64,000 bases of DNA, from NCBI GenBank assembly GCA_032718475.1, contig JAUCBJ010007562.1, positions 45,019 through 109,018 on the forward strand, in the 5' to 3' direction. The first letter of the stretch is position 1. Each line of letters starts with the position of its first letter. Below the pieces are notes generated by a model, which saw only the letters and a program-made list of their open reading frames with translations, did no database searches and was not told where the DNA came from. Source of the DNA: Nemertoderma westbladi (taxonomy: Eukaryota > Animalia > Xenacoelomorpha). A program made the translations under genes and the position numbers. Below, in pieces: positions 12,601-25,640 of the stretch.

Positions 12601-13662
12601 CAAGTAGTCTCTCACATTATTTAGATGTTGTCTATTTTTTCCAAACTTAATTTTATATTTATTATTACTTTTAGGATCAATGTAGTTTATGTTTGGCGTC
12701 GGGCCAGGGTTCTTGTGAACATCTCCAGCACGGTTTATTATAGTTATGATGGTGTGCGAAATAATAATAATATCTGTAATATAAAATATATATCGCATGA
12801 AAATAATAATATAACATTTTATGAAAACAGATGTATTTCTTTTCATAATTTGTCTTACTGAATTGCGTTCTTTGTTTGTAATTTTGTGTCCTAGTTTCGA
12901 GTGATGTCTTTTTTGTATTCCTATTATATTCGTTTGCCAAGTTGAGTAAATTAATATTAAAATTATTAGCCGTTGTGGCGAATATATATTGTAATGCTGT
13001 GAACGTAGTATTACAATATATGTCACTATAGTAGTTATGAATAAGAGTGTGAAATGTACAAATGGACTTCCCGCAAACAAATGGCAGTTAATATTTATTT
13101 TTATATTAAGGGAGATGTGTATCAAGTTACCAATTAATGCATATAAAAATATAAATCTGTAATTATTTTTGTTACCTGATACAACACGGCTTATATGACA
13201 TTTTTTATTAAAATAATTATATATTTCAGAAAAATATTTTGGGTAAAATGCTTCATAAATTGCCGCATAATGAATTATGTATCCTATTTTATAAATGGTG
13301 CTAATGACAGTTGCCAGGTACTGGGGGCTAACGAGGAAGATCAAAATAACTATAAAATAATCAATAACACAGTATTTATCATTATCAATAAAATATTGTA
13401 CTTGTACATGGGATCTGTATGAGTACAATGTGGGGAATCGAAATTGTGTACCGGTACCGGTAATGCTGCTTGTGCGGTTATTACATACATTTAAAGAAAT
13501 TATATCGCAATAATTGGACCGGTAGATACATGTACCGGTATATATTTGAATATTATTTTTGCAGTAAAATAATAAAATTACCATAAAAGTAAAAATAAAA
13601 TTTATCATTGGATGATAAACGAACATTATAAAATGGTCATTTCGTTTGATATTATTAATCAA
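9680..13662 (-). pseudogene. LINE ORF2 (APE endonuclease + reverse transcriptase), frameshifted
   Basis: LLNARS, IIGVTESWL, SDH (endonuclease); KSPGP, NYRPIS, QFGFR, LDLSKAFD, GIPQG, YADDT, KYLGI (RT), spread over ORFs 12445-13662, 11632-12024, 10801-11619, 10581-10829 and 9680-10612. Confidence 0.93.
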
Positions 13663-13733
13663 TTAGTTTGCCTCTAGCTGAAAATAAAAGATGATGAACA
13701 TTATATAAAGAATATATAAATGAATATATATAT

Positions 13734-14437
13734 TTAGACACTGATATTACCGTGGGCTGTGATGGCCCTTATTAGGGCTATTGCCGAATCAACTAACGGG
13801 TTACCGGCGTTGCTGTTCAGCCCTCTGTCCGAACTAACTGTGTTGGATTGATTTGCCGCAAAAAAATCAAAATAATAGGGCTGATCGAATTGTCGATGCG
13901 GTGTAGCGATGAATGGTTGATGGATATTCCGGTACATTGCCGTGGGTTGTTGCAAGTTGGTCGATTTACGAGGGTACTCATGGTGGAATTGCTGCGTATC
14001 TGCAGGTGTAGGATGATATTTCCACGCAGATGCCGGGGGCAATTGCCTGTTATGTTGCAAGCGATAATTTCCTCCCCCTCTATTCATCAGAGGTGGTTGG
14101 GGGTAGGAAGTTTGTTTAAATTGATGCGGGTTCGAGCAGCGATATTCGGACGGAACGGAACTATTCGTCTGCTGCTTGTGTGCGTGAGGTCCATGTATTT
14201 GCAGCTTTATATTTCTCGCAAGTATTCCAATATATTTTGCGGCGATATGTTTGGTGTCAAATAAGTGTGATCTTTTAATATTCGACTGCTCAACCAATCT
14301 AACACCGACCTTTTGACATAGCTTCCGGATTTCTCCGTTGATTGCGTCTACATTGACATCCGAACGAGTGATAATCTCAGAAACGTGGATATCGCAAAGA
14401 GGCCACTTTTTGCGAATAGTCTCGATACTTTCGTGTG
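13734..14437 (-). pseudogene. LINE ORF1, C-terminal half (end of SGNH esterase domain + Q/P-rich tail)
   Basis: HESIETIRKKWP...VSEIITR...LFDTKH (DxxH block); joins in frame to 19210-20030 once the insertion and one TSD are removed. Confidence 0.8.
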
Positions 14438-15339
14438 CAGCCATTCCAAGCAAAAGTAAACCTTTTGGTGAAAAATGAAAGTACTTAGAAATGCATTTAT
14501 TTTGTATTGAGTGTGTAGCACACATATTGTGCTTCATAAAACTGCTTTCAAATGTTCCATAACCCTCGCCAATTTTTTTTACGGCGTCCGCAAAATGTGA
14601 TTTAAAAAATGCCAAAAATTCAATATTTTTGGCATAATTACATACAAACCAAAATGGCATGATAATTACCAAACTGGCAATGTCATATGTTTTTCAGAAT
14701 CTTATATCTATGTAGTAAATAGCCATGTCGGTTAAATAATGTACAACTAATAAATATTTTTCTAATAGCATTGTAATGAGTGGATGGAAAATATGTCACG
14801 ACCGTTACGCTGAAGAACAAGTTTTTCCAATATCTCCATATCCCCGGCATTAATGGTTATAATCTTTTATATCTATCGTTAGGTGGTTCGTATCAATTGT
14901 TTGAGTCATATAGTTTAACTTGACTGTATGTTCCAGTTGTAGTAATCAGCGTAACGGTCGTGACATTAACATGTGGGAAATGGGAATATTAGCATAGCAT
15001 GTATAATTCAAGGAACGAAAGGTCGTCTTTTTTACTCTCCATTTAGATTACATTTTGGAATATGATTCCACACAAAGTGATAATTGAAATATTGGGTGTA
15101 CAAAGGTTTCTTCTTAACCTATAATGTGCAATAAGAGCACTTATGACCGTAACGGTTGTGACACAAACTTAGGAATCATTATTATACAGTATAAATTAAT
15201 TTGTATCATTTACAAACATCATTTACATATCATACCACTGCTGCAGTGGGATGTAATTATAATTATACTGTAATCAGGTAGTACACATAATAACCAAAAT
15301 ATCAGCTTACAATACTACATAGAACAGTAGAACCAGAAA

Positions 15340-18300
15340 GTATGGCTGCTTACATATAATCTGCAAAATTTGAAAAATTATGTTTATTTACTCTTGCACT
15401 TTTCATTTTAGCACCGAACATTGTAGGTGTATTCAACTGCGGAATTTAAAAAGCCTTCCATTGAAATCAGCGCACCAGACAGCCAGAAAACCTGTATGTA
15501 ATAGAAATAAACACCATTCCTACAAGTCTAGTTGTTTTCACTAATTTGAAAAAATGCTGTTTACTTGCACTTTTCATTTTAGCACCAAAATGCTGAAATG
15601 GTAGGTATGTTCAACCAGTCAACTGCGGAATTTAAAAAGCCTTCCATTGAAATCGGCGTACCAGAACAGCAGGAAAAACTGTATGTAATAGAGAAAGAAA
15701 CACAATTCGTACAATTCTAGTTGTTTTCACTAATTTTAAAAATGCTGGTTACTTGCACTTTTCATTTTAGCACCAAAAATGGTATGTCAGTAGATGTGTT
15801 CAACTGCGGAATTTAAAAAGCCTTCTATTGAAATCGGCGTACCAGAAAACCTGTATGTAATTGAAATAAATACCATTCCTACAATTCTTATTGTTTCAAC
15901 TAATTTTAAAAATGCTGGTTACTTGCACTTTTCATTTTAGCACCAAAAATGGCAGGTCGGTAGATGCGTTCAACTGCGGAATTTAAAAAGCCTTCCATTG
16001 AAATTGGCGTACCAGAAAACCTGTATGTAATTGAAATAAATACCATTCCTACAATTCTTATTGTTTTCACTAATTTGAAAAATGCTGGTTACTTGCACTT
16101 TTCAATTTAGCACCAAAAATGGTAGGTGTGTTCAACTGCGGAATTTAAAAAGCCTTCCATTTAAATCAGCGCACCAGAAAACCTGTATGTAATTGAAATA
16201 AACACCATTCCTACAAGTCTAGTTGTTTTCATTAATTTGAAAAATGCTGTTTACTTGCACTTTTCATTTTAGCGCCAAAAATAGTAGATGTGTTCAACTG
16301 CGGAATTTAAAAAGCCTTCCATTGAAATCGGCGCACCAGAAAACCTATAAGTAATTGAAATAAATACCATTCCTACAAGTCTAGTTTGTTACGGTATATG
16401 GCGCTGTATCCACATTATTAGTCATTATGCAGTATAATATATTAGTTCGTTATACTGTACGCAATATTAGTCCGTTGTGCAGCATAATATTTTAGATAAG
16501 GCATAATAGCGCAATGATATTTAGATAGGGAAATCAAAACGCCCATATATTTGAATTCATCCATTTTGTATAATATGTAGCCCTACCTACGTAATTTTGT
16601 ATTAGGATATATGTAGATAGTTCCAGGGTAGCAAGTTTAGTCGGACCCTGGATTTTGTGCTTGCTGATATTAGCATCAATAGGGCTAGCATATAGGGACG
16701 CTGTCCTGGCCATTCAGCAGCCAGGGACATGATCCATTACCATATATGGTAATAATTTGAGGTTTGGGCAGCAATAGGGCTACAATCCGGCCTCCTTATT
16801 GGACTAACTGCTTCCAGGTTGGTCTAATGCTAGCGCGGACTGGAGAGCCAATAGGAGAGTGATTGAGTCACCCTATTGCATCACCCCACTCGGATCACCT
16901 ATCAATTGGCGGTTTGCCGGTAGAGCTTTACCTGTACTTGCTTAGCTGTCCCTTACAACCAACCTTAACCCTTATTCACTTACAATCCTTAGAAGTATAA
17001 TTTAGCGTATTTCTGCAATTTTTTATCTTTCGATTAATTTCTCAAAATGATTTGCTAGTGCGATTATTCTTAATTGCGTTTCTCAATCAACCCTATCGAT
17101 TACTGCTAATTACAATCGGAACTATGATTTCTACCTTTTGTTAATGGTTCTATGTGATTCCTTTCTACGCAATAATCCTAAGGGATTTCTGAGACTGTCA
17201 GACTTTGTGATTTGCATGCGCCGCTACGGTAGCTATTAGCATAATGGAGGGCTAAGGTGCCAGTAGGCGGTGGGCACATCGGGGGGTTGAGCGACTAAGG
17301 GAGAGCGGAGGATTCAAAGGCGGGCAAGCTGGCTAGGGGTCACCGTTGCGGTCGGGCATTTTGCGCTGTAGCACGCAGACCATTCGCCGATACAGTAACT
17401 AGGGGGCTGATGATCCAGGTTTCGTCTCTGTTTAGTATTAGGGGGGGAGGAATCGGGTTAGTTAGGAAGCCTAGATGTATCCGGGAGGGGCCTGCGCGTA
17501 TTACAGCGTGGAGTGTGAAGTACGAATAGTGAGTCGCACAACTGTGGGCTATACAGTAGTTAGCTGCATAATTGCGAACTGTGATTGCTGATGCTGATTG
17601 GTGTGTTACTGGAGTGTGCCTATGATTATGAATGTTTAGGTAGGCGCCCTTTTCTCTTTGATTGATTTCTATTTCTTAGTTACAACAATTAGTTACTGAT
17701 TAGGTCAAAGTAATACGGCAATTTAGGCTATTACTAGCGAAACCTGTTGCGTAATAAATTAGAATTACGCATTCTGGAACTCTTAGTAATTAGTACGCTG
17801 TTACATATTTGTGACTGTAATTGATTAATAATTTTTTTTAGATAAATAAATTTATAAATTAGCACGCAGCATAGCGGAGAGTAGCTAAAGTAATAATTAG
17901 AGTACTGTAAACTATTCACGCTGAGCGGTTATTTGCATTAGCGGGCAATCAGCTAGATCGCACTATTCAGTACGCACAATACGCTAGTAATTTGCTGGCC
18001 TAAAGCCAGCGGCAGGCAAGTTTAGACCCGGAGCGGTATTATCCGCGTAGAAACAAATACTGTACCATTTTGATATTTTAAATATTCTCGCATTCACACA
18101 TTATGTTAGGGAACCCCCAGTATTCGCGATTAGAAAAGGCGTAGGCAATAGCGTGCTTTAATAGTGATAAAATTAGGCGTAAGAATACTCTGAGTGCAAA
18201 GCCCCTCGCACTCGTCTTAAGTAAGCTTAGGGAGCCGACTCGGGTTTATTGTTTTGGTTATTCCCGCGTGGCTCATAGATTCGAACAGTTAGCTCTCTGT

Positions 18301-18720
18301 CGAGCGATCGGTAGAGAAAGGAACAAGCGATTTTGCAGGAGCTGTGTAAATTTAGTAAAATATATTATGGACGGCAGATTAGCGCCATCTAACGATAAGT
18401 AGCTGATTTGTATTTAGCAACCTTTACAATTTAGTAATAGCACACTCCTGACCCCCTTTACTTAACAGTAGAGCAGTCTTTGTGTCTTATTGGTTAGACG
18501 AGAACTTATTAGGTTGGCAGAAGGATATTAACGGGTATTTGTCTGTTCAACAGTTCTGCTGTTAGTATAGAGGTCGCAGTTGTTTATCATAGTTGTTTTC
18601 ATTAATTTGAAAAATACTTGTTACTTGCACTTTTCATTTTAGCACCAAAAATGGTAGATGTGTTCAATTGCGGAATGTAAAAAGCCTTCTATTAAAATCA
18701 GCGTACAAGAAAACCTGCCT
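15340..18720. repeat. ~170-bp internal tandem repeat of the DNA transposon, split by a solo LTR
   Basis: TTACTTGCACTTTTCATTTTAGCACC...CAACTGCGGAATTTAAAAAGCCTTCC recurs at ~15390, 15560, 15750, 15920, 16090, 16250 and resumes at 18590-18720. Confidence 0.9.
16387..18589 (+). mobile_element. Solo LTR, family A (2.2 kb)
   Basis: TGTTACGG...TTTATCA termini, 5-bp TSD TAGTT (16382-16386, 18590-18594); homologous in reverse complement to 33484-33634 + 52968-55038. Confidence 0.93.
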
Positions 18721-19209
18721 GAAATCGATATCAATACCTAACTCTAATATCTTACCATTTTTTGAAATTCAGATTTATGTGAAAATCGATAATGTCACAA
18801 CCGTTACGAAACTATGTCACGACCGTTACGCTGGTTAATTGATTGCCACATTCTCTAATGATACTATATTGCCATACTGTTAATTTCATTTTAAACTCTA
18901 TCTATTAACATGTTAGTCTGACATAAGTAACGCTAAATAAGTACAGTAAATTCGATAGAAATTGATATTGTGTAGGAGTCTCTAAAAAGCTTGTCCATTT
19001 CAGTCACGACCGTTACGCCAACTTTAAACTGGAATACAATCAATAAAACGTAATGAATTCCAGTGTGGTTTCGATTTTATTAAAGGTCCATATCTTAGGA
19101 TCATATCATAGTAATATCTTTTCAATATCATTCTTCCATGTGCCCTTAGAATACTCATTAATACCGGAAACCCATGCGGAATGTCACGACCGTTACGCTG
19201 GAATGGCTG

Positions 19210-20030
19210 TGTGTATTATTTATTATTAAAGAGGTATTATGATTTTTGGGATTGAAGTCATTAGTCCCCGTTTGGATATACACATGGTTGATTTTATTTG
19301 AAAATTTATTTATAGAGGACGTAGTATTCCGTAGGAGGTCGCCCGTTGTGGCACAGGGAACCATGCGGGCTGCCCGGTCAATTTTGCGCGGATATATATA
19401 CTTCCGGTTACTATCCATGAATAGCAGGGTAGTAACTCTGTTATCTTTGTCTTCCGTTGGTGTAACCCTGATAAATTCGGTGGTATCGGTATCAATATCA
19501 ATGACTGTCGGTGTTTCTGCGGTAGTACCGGAATTCGATTGAGTATGAGAACCGTTACCTGTAATTATTTGGTTTGAATCTGGCTGTTCCAACTCCTGTA
19601 TAATTTCTGAATCAGATTGCCCAGCATCTGGATATCCCGATGCATGGTCGCATTGACCAGGAGTTAGCTGGGTTTTGTTATCGGTATAGGTCGTGGCAGT
19701 AGAACAGAGGCTAGATTCGACTATGCGCTCGAGATTATGAATGCGCATCATGTCACCTCGCCGTATCTCTTTTACCTGGGCAAGTTCGAGTTCTACCGTA
19801 GCCAGACGATCAAGTAATCGGCTATATAATTCCAGACATTGAGCCCCATCATGTACACCAGGTGTATGAGGGCTACCGGTACATGACGGTGTCACGTTGT
19901 CGGTACCGGTAGGAATATCGCTAGAACTATGATTACGATTGTACATTGTATTTAAATCAGTACCAGTACCGGTAGCGACGTCTGGGGTATATGGAGACTC
20001 ACTGAGTGAGGCTGACTTCTCTAGCTCCAT
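19210..20030 (-). pseudogene. LINE ORF1, N-terminal half (coiled coil + start of SGNH esterase)
   Basis: Heptad segment LLDRLATVELELAQVK...IHNLERIV; LLFMDSN (GDS-like block I); YIQTGTND (block III). Confidence 0.8.
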
Positions 20031-21489
20031 ACCGAGTAATAATAATAATAAATAATAAATAATCTCGCCTCATAACCAACTAGGGAGGGGGGGGGGGGGG
20101 GGGCGACACACGCCCTAAGCCACAGAGAGAAGTGAGAGGTCAAACCACCTCGGAGGGAGAACCCAGCTAGTCGAGGCTAGCAGCAGGGGGTAACACCTAC
20201 AGGGAGTGCCAAAGTGACAATTAGTGTATAAGCCAATATAGGGCTGGGGAGCACGTGGGGAAGAACAGCAGAGCATCCATTAGGTAGCAGAGGCCATAGT
20301 AGCGTAGAGGTGAAACCAATATGTACATGTGTATCAATCATATAGCTACTCTGATTACTGATTTACCGGTCAGTTCATTAATCACACAGTTAGGGACCAG
20401 TAATAGTTTTCGACCATCATTTCATATACTGCTGTCATCATTCTGTATTGCAATTTCTACTATTATTTGTTATTATCTTGTTATTACTGTGCTATTATCA
20501 TTGGAACATTAACACCGAGAAACACAAACTCTGTCGCCAAAGATATTAGTCCAGCAGCCCAGCAGCGAAGTGACGCATACAACCTTATCTGGTCGGGATC
20601 ACTGAACTCAATCCCGTCACAGTCGAAACTAGCCAACAGTCGAAACTAGCAACTTCCAACAACAGCTGTGACCACAACCCAAGGAGAAGAAGGCCCAAGG
20701 ATGAGTGAAGGACAAACGCCCCGAGAATTGGAGGGAGAAAGAAAGCCGCCGCGGACCCCGGACGACACCAACCAAACAATCCGAGAGGCCGCGACAAGAC
20801 GATACCGGCCCGCCACCCTGGAATGGCCAACGAGGGACGATCCGAATACCCAAGCGGAGGGCGGCCGACGACAACGAGGAGGGAAAGTCAACGAAGAGTC
20901 AACGCGAGATGACGATGGCAGTCGGAGTACCGAAGTCGCCGGCCAGCCACAGGCAGAGGGCGACGGATGGCCCACCGGAACGGTGACGGTGGGGCCGCCG
21001 GTATGACGCCGGACAAGGAGGGAAGGTAGAGTCAATGAAGGGGACGTCAGGATGAGTGATCGCCTGCGATGGGCGTACAATGCCACAAAGAAGCTACTAA
21101 AAGAGGCTAAGGAGGGGAGAAAGGTAGACCAGCCTAAACTATACCAGAGGCTAGGTGAGTCGAACAAACATTTTCTTTACTTAGTCCGTTTTGGACAGGG
21201 AGAACTGGCGAGTGAGAGAGCGAGGGGGGTCGCCACAGAACTGTTTGAATTGTGGCGGTCCGAGGTAATGGAACCAGATGTAATGTACGTAGGGCCTTAC
21301 TTAGTGGATGCCAGGGGAATTAAATTAGTGGGATGGGCGGACCCGTACGACGGCGAATCCGAGGTTAACCCCGAAGATTCGGTGTCGTCGGTTAGTAGGA
21401 ACCCCAGCAAACGGGGGGGAAATTAGTAGGACAGAGAGGCGACGGGAGTCCGTCGCGACCGATAAGTCCGCTACATCCTCTGCAAAAGC

Positions 21490-21860
21490 AAGAGAGAGAT
21501 TTAGTGAGATTTAGTGAGAGAAAGTTAGAGATAGATCAGGCGTGTCAATTAGACATTGTTGCGCTGGATCAAAAGGAACTGGAAAGGCTACTACTAGGAT
21601 CGGCATGCTGCATTGCAGCTGCATTTCTAAGAATGCTGTGCCGGCTTATCGACAAAATTGCACCGCCACAACTCCCTATCACCCATGACATTTGCTAGAT
21701 CATCCGCATCTTCAAGGCCAGTGTCCTTTAAGATGCGTCTCAAGAAAGTCATGGGCTGTCCACCATGCTTATTCACTCCATGAGGCTGCCAAAGTACAAG
21801 ATTATGCACTGGCTGGTCCTCACGGCGAAAGCAATGTCCTGCAAAGCGGAGGCGATTTGG
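21490..21860 (-). mobile_element. 5'-truncated 3' end of an RTE-type LINE
   Basis: RLRFAGHCFRR...LVLWQP...LKDTGL...MGDRELWR, typical RTE-group C-terminus; short-repeat tail ~21495-21520. Confidence 0.8.
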
Positions 21861-22644
21861 ATTTCGATTTGGATGAGGGAACTGCGTTATTAAAGAGGGA
21901 GAGAGAATTAGCAAGAGAGTGTAAAGAGCGGGAAGCGAGGAGGGCTGAGAAGATTGAGAGGGAGGTGAATGAGCGCAGAGAGCGGGAGGCGAGAGAGGTG
22001 AACAAGCACAGAGAGCGGGTGGCGAGAGAGGTGGACGAGCGTAGAGAGCGGGAGACGGAGTTAGCCAACCAGAGTATGAGAGGGGTTAGAGAAAGAGAGA
22101 GGGCGGGCAAGTGCTTGCGGGATGAAATGCATACCCGGTTAAGAGGGTTAATGCAATACCAAGCGAAACAAAAGCGCCAGTTAGAACTGGCGCAAATGGG
22201 TTTATCGGAGAGTGAGGCTGGTTCGGGTAGTATTTATGAAGAACCAGAGGTGATGGAAACCTTTGTTAATACCCCACTTACAGGTACCGACCGCATGACA
22301 GACCCAAGACTGTACGGATGGGGGGGGGGGGGGGGGTAATACCAATACGCTTGGTGAAGTTAATATTAATAGTACCGTAGTAGATAACTCTAATCAAACC
22401 TTTCTTACAGGAAATAATATTTTACCCGGTAGTAGTAATCCTAATATAGGCGCACAAAATAATTTAAATGATAATATAAATAATACCGCACAAAATAATT
22501 TAAATAATTTAAACAATAATTCAAATAATAATATGATAAATAATAACGGCGTAGTTAATCAAAATAATGCAATTAATAACGGGGTAGTAAACCAGGGCGA
22601 AATTATTAACGGTGCAATTAATACAAATGTAGGGGGAATAAGCG

Positions 22645-22840
22645 AGCCGGCCAATGAGAGCCTGCGAGGCCACGCAGTTGCGCAGCGAGGAGCGCGGGTG
22701 AATAAACCCACCAATGAGAGCCTGCAAGGCCACGCAGTTGCACAGAGAGGAGCGGGGGTGAATAAACCCATCAATGAGAGCCTGCAAGGCCACGCAGTTG
22801 CACAGGGAGGAGCGGGGGTGAATAGACCCAATGAGGGTAG
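22645..22840. repeat. Three 60-bp tandem copies inside the degenerate BEL gag
   Basis: CCAATGAGAGCCTGCRAGGCCACGCAGTTGCRCAG... repeated at 60-bp spacing. Confidence 0.85.
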
Positions 22841-24855
22841 AGATAATGCGTCGACTAGAGGGGGGCGTAGGAGCAAAGTAAGAGGTGACGGGTAGGGGGG
22901 GGGGGTGGCTATGGGTACCCCACAGGGCAGAGAATGTCCCACAAGTGTCGGCGGATAATGCGCACAGTGATATAAGTGAACCGTGGCACCCGATGACGGG
23001 GGGAAGGAGGGGGGGCAACTGACGCCCCACAGGCGTTGGCGGAAAATGCGCGCGGTGAGTTAAGTGAACCGTGGCACCTGACGACAGAGGAGAATAGAAG
23101 GGCGGCGAATATTTACGAGGCCGTGCGACCGGGTAAAGGGAAAAGCATCGCCCCGGAGAAACACAACCTGGTGAAATATACCACACAACGGGAGAGGGGT
23201 ACAGAGTGTACCAATACGAGAATGAAGACAGGAGAAGGGACCAGAGAGAAACTTCCCGTCGGGATGTAGTATGTGTGTAGTATGTAGGGATGAATATGGT
23301 AGTCGCGGGAAGGACTTCTTGGAACACTCGAGAAGATTAAACTTCGGTCAGGAAGGGCACAGGCAGACTGCAGGACATACTGTAGGCCTTACTGCACATA
23401 CTATAGGCCATGCTGGGAGAGATAGTGTAGGCGATAGGGTAGCACGGACGACGGGATTAAACCCAGAGGTCGCGGCGTGCATACCGATCGGGAGGCAAGA
23501 AGTGGATAGGCCTATACCGGTACCTGCACACCAGTATGACTATAACATGCAGGGACATAATATATACCCAGGGGAGGGGGAGGTATTGCCGATAGGTGCA
23601 TAGGCCCTAACATGATAACATCAACCCCAGTACCAAACATAACACCGGTGGGGGGGGGGGGGGGGGGGCAGGGTGACATTCCCCCATTGCAGTATCAGCA
23701 ATACACGAAGCCAACAACAAAAACCCCAAACCCCTCAGACGCAAATAAATCATGCGATACGGAGATATGGAGGGGACCATTACCCCCGATGATATATCCA
23801 ACACAAGAAAAGTTGACGGGCCTGATAGGCGAACCGCAGCCAATACCGGAGGAATCTGTATCCCAACCATAGAGCGCGCTGGAAGTACAAGTGATGGGAA
23901 AGGCAACACTCATCGACGTGCTGAAGACCAGGATCGAGCTACCGCCAGTGGAGCCGTTCAAATTGGATGGCAGTAAGCCAGAGGAATATCTGCAATTCCG
24001 GCGTAAGTACAGTAATGAACTTTTAATGAAGAACTTGATGCAGGCAGAGTGCCTTAAATACTTACAAGTTTACACAGGGGGGCCAGCATACGACATTGTG
24101 AGGCAATACAGCAGGTATTGAAGGAGGATTCACTACTGCATGGCAAGCCCTGGACAGGGAATTCGGGCATCCTGCAAAGATTATCCGACAAACCTGGACT
24201 TAAGGGGATAACATCAGGCAGACTTCAGGATAACCCTGTAAGCATTAAAAGCTTCGCGAATAAGGTAGAAAAGGCGCTAAATGTATTAAAGACCCTAGAT
24301 GCACCTTACAAACTCAATGCATCAAATAACATCACTACAATAGCCCAGGCACTACCGATGTCGCTGAGGAACAAGTGGATAAAGATCACCTTCTCCACCC
24401 GGGAGAAGAAAGGTGCGGAGCCAGGGCTGGAGGAGATGTCGAACTTCCTTAACTATGAAGCGGAATTGATCACAGACCCATTCTATAGTGAGGAGAGTCT
24501 CGGTAAAGTACCAAAAGCGGAATGCAACCGGCCTAAACCCGAACATAGTCCAGCGGACCCATTTCTGAGAGTGAGGCAATCGTTGCCATACGCAACCATC
24601 CAGGGGACTTGTAGTCCACAGAACAGCAGTGGTGACTATGGAGGAAACAACACCCCTGACACGGGTATGTGCAACCAAAACAATAAACCATCCAATCCGG
24701 ACCTGGACAAAACGGGGACTTCTAGTCCACATAACAGCCGTGGTGACTATGGAGGAAACAACACCCCTGACGTGGGTTTATACAACCAAAACGACAAACC
24801 ATCCGGCTCAGACCTGGACGAAAAACACAAGACGCTATACAGAGAGCATTATAAC

Positions 24856-25640
24856 TAGTTCTCGATCGGAGTTCCGGCTCCGGCTCCGGCTCCGGCTCCG
24901 GCCGGAGTTTCTTACATCCGGCTCCGAACCGGAGCGAGTTAGAAAAATCACTGGAGCCGGAGTTTTTTTAATAATGTATGTTTTATATTAATGTACATAA
25001 TATATAGGCTAGTATAGGCATATCAGGTAGTACTGCAGTACTGTCTGACTGTACTACTTTGATACTACTATTATTACAGTATTACTATACGACAGTACTG
25101 CAGTAGCCTGGTAGAGCAGTGTAATACTAACTGGTAGGTAGGTAAAAATAGCTGGTACTGGTAGGGTAGTACTACAGCAGTAGGCCTACAGTAGTACCGG
25201 TACTACTTCCTGACTTCTGTACTCACTGACTTAATCTAATTCCGGAACTGCTGTACTGGTAGCTGGGTAGTGGTAGGCCTACCTTACAGCTTGAATACAC
25301 AGTCTGACAATCCCGCACCTCAAGCTACTGTCTGACTGTACTACTATACAGCTATATGTACTATAATTCTGGAAGGGGAATGGACTGAGAATGATTCAAG
25401 GAGTTCTGTCCGCAACCACGATATAAGTACTGAAATAGGCCTACCAACGACGGCGACCCGGTGCAGCGGTGCCCAGATATGAGTACCGACGATGGCGACC
25501 GGGATATGAGTACTAATGACGGCGACCCGGCCCGGATATAGGGAAAATACACATAGGGAAAGAAACTCCGGCTCCGGTCAAACTCCGGCAATTTTTTTCT
25601 ACTCCGGCTCCGTCAAAATAAAAACTCCGATCGAGCCCTA
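24856..25640. mobile_element. hAT-like MITE
   Basis: Imperfect TIR TAGTTCTCGATCGGAGTT / AACTCCGATCGAGCCCTA; 8-bp TSD ATTATAAC / GTTATAAC (1 mismatch); subterminal (GGCTCC)n. Confidence 0.8.

Larger units (their letters stand above)
14438..19209. mobile_element. Non-autonomous TIR DNA transposon with 4-bp TSD
   Basis: TIR CAGCCATTCCA...TGGAATGGCTG; TGTG on both sides (14434-14437, 19210-19213); subterminal GTCACGACCGTTACG motifs; no transposase ORF. Confidence 0.88.
9371..20036 (-). mobile_element. Near full-length degenerate CR1/L2-group LINE, interrupted by the insertion at 14438-19209
   Basis: (TAA)n tail at 9371-9390, RT and APE endonuclease ORF2 fragments, and ORF1 split in two by a TIR element. 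Confidence 0.9.

Noticed and set aside
20585-23976. Cluster of short GC-rich ORFs as host genes
   Set aside because: They lie between a putative LTR and BEL gag core motifs and are broken by poly-G frameshifts; best explained as a decayed gag N-terminus.
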